Source: Leucoraja ocellata (taxonomy: Eukaryota). From it: 64,000 nucleotides of DNA. How positions within the stretch are numbered: position 1 is the first letter of the stretch; the number at the start of each line of letters is the position of its first letter. Location: NCBI GenBank assembly GCA_036785375.1, contig JAWMAR010000065.1:4960001-5024000 (forward strand), given 5' to 3'. The translations under genes were made by a program, and so were the position numbers. Positions 63,102 to 64,000 of this stretch are shown piece by piece. The notes beneath the pieces are model-generated. The model made no database searches. It was not told where the DNA came from and was given only the letters and a program-made list of their open reading frames with translations.

Positions 63102-64000
63102 CAGGTGCACAACCTTTTATCCGGTGTTCCGGAAACCGAAAAACTCCGAAAACCGGCCATTTTTTCCAGGATGTCGTCTGCACACCAAAGCTCGCGTTTG
63201 GCGCCAAACTTGACCCTAAACGACCCACGGTCAACCCAGGTCTGTACTACTGTAGCGGCTGCCTCCTCCCCGGAGACCGGGGAGACACTTAAACATCTGT
63301 AAATCATTGCTTAAATGTTAGTCAGTTAGTTTGGAGGACTTTTATGTGAAAGGGGGAGGGGGGAGGGGGGGTTGAAGGGGTAAACTTTAATTCTTAGTCC
63401 CCTACCTGGTCGGAGAGGCGGGGAGCGGTCAATGCCTTACCGGGTCGCCGTGCAGTAAGCTCCGCGGCGCTATGGCCGCCAACTCCCAGCTGGGGCTGCG
63501 GGCGGCGCCGGTTGTAGCTCCGACCCCGGCAACTCTACCCCTGGCTGCGAGGCTCCGCAAATGTTGGGAGTCGGCGGCGTCGCAGCGCTGGGATACCAGC
63601 GGGAAGCGGGCAATGCCTTACCGGGTCGCTGTGCAGTAAGCTCCAGGGCGCTGATGCCGCCTTCTTCCAACGTTCGCAGAGCTGGGGCTGCAGTCGGCGC
63701 TGGATTTGGAGCCATGCAGCCAGGGGTCGAGGTGCCGGGGTCGGAGCTACAACCGGCACCGCCCGCGGCCGGACGGAGCCCCCAGCTCCGCGATGTTGGA
63801 AGTCGCCGACCAGGTAGGGGACTAAGAATTAAAGTTTACCCCTTCACTCACCCACCCCACCCACCCCACCACCGCCACATAAAATCCCTCTAAACTAACT
63901 GACTAACATTTATGCAATGATTTACAATGATTCCCCGATCTCCGGGGAGGAGGCAGTCGCTCCAGACTTTTCAAGCCGCCCACGCTACCTACCTAATCTA
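63102..64000. mobile_element. GC/CpG-rich non-autonomous DNA transposon (pogo/Tigger-like end) with internal foldback; continues past the window edge
   Basis: TA|CAGGTGCACAACC terminus with ccg(g)aaa subrepeats; inverted arms 63255-63412 and 63807-63961; internal direct and inverted repeats. Confidence 0.7.

Noticed and set aside
63470-63893. Several GC-rich ORFs on both strands
   Set aside because: They lie in the foldback repeat, where high GC suppresses stops; no protein family resemblance
1-64000. The remaining 60-125 aa ORFs in the track; CRISPR arrays, operons, tRNA or rRNA genes
   Set aside because: The ORFs are chance intronic frames or TE fragments; no regularly spaced repeat array or structural RNA gene is seen, and tRNA-like boxes belong to SINE heads

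Overview
AT-rich vertebrate genomic DNA, not prokaryotic. The repeat content (HE1-like V-SINEs, CR1/HER1-like LINE ends, a SacSINE1-like DeuSINE) points to a cartilaginous fish, probably a skate or ray; this is inference. The whole window lies inside the Wnt effector gene TCF7L2 (TCF4) on the minus strand. Exons 6-12 (including the HMG box and NLS), the paired C-clamp exons 14 (CRARF) and 15 (CRALF) and the 25-nt exon 16 can be placed to the base with GT-AG sites (17-exon numbering). Exons 1-5 lie beyond the right edge and terminal exon 17 beyond the left edge. Introns carry two Tc1 IR/DR transposon copies, CR1 and Rex/Babar LINE fragments, SINEs, a GC-rich foldback DNA element and many short Penelope-type elements with hammerhead-ribozyme-like cores. 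The most interesting candidates are: (1) an unexpected 84-nt frame-preserving cassette exon at 1449-1532 that would split the C-clamp; (2) a cluster of alternative first exons in intron 5 (41.2-44.2 kb), one encoding a 41-aa N-terminus in frame with exon 6, i.e. a dominant-negative TCF7L2 promoter; (3) loss of the S-isoform stop codon in exon 15; (4) hammerhead-like cores, one of them sense to the pre-mRNA. Comparisons with human TCF7L2 come from recalled knowledge, not from a search.
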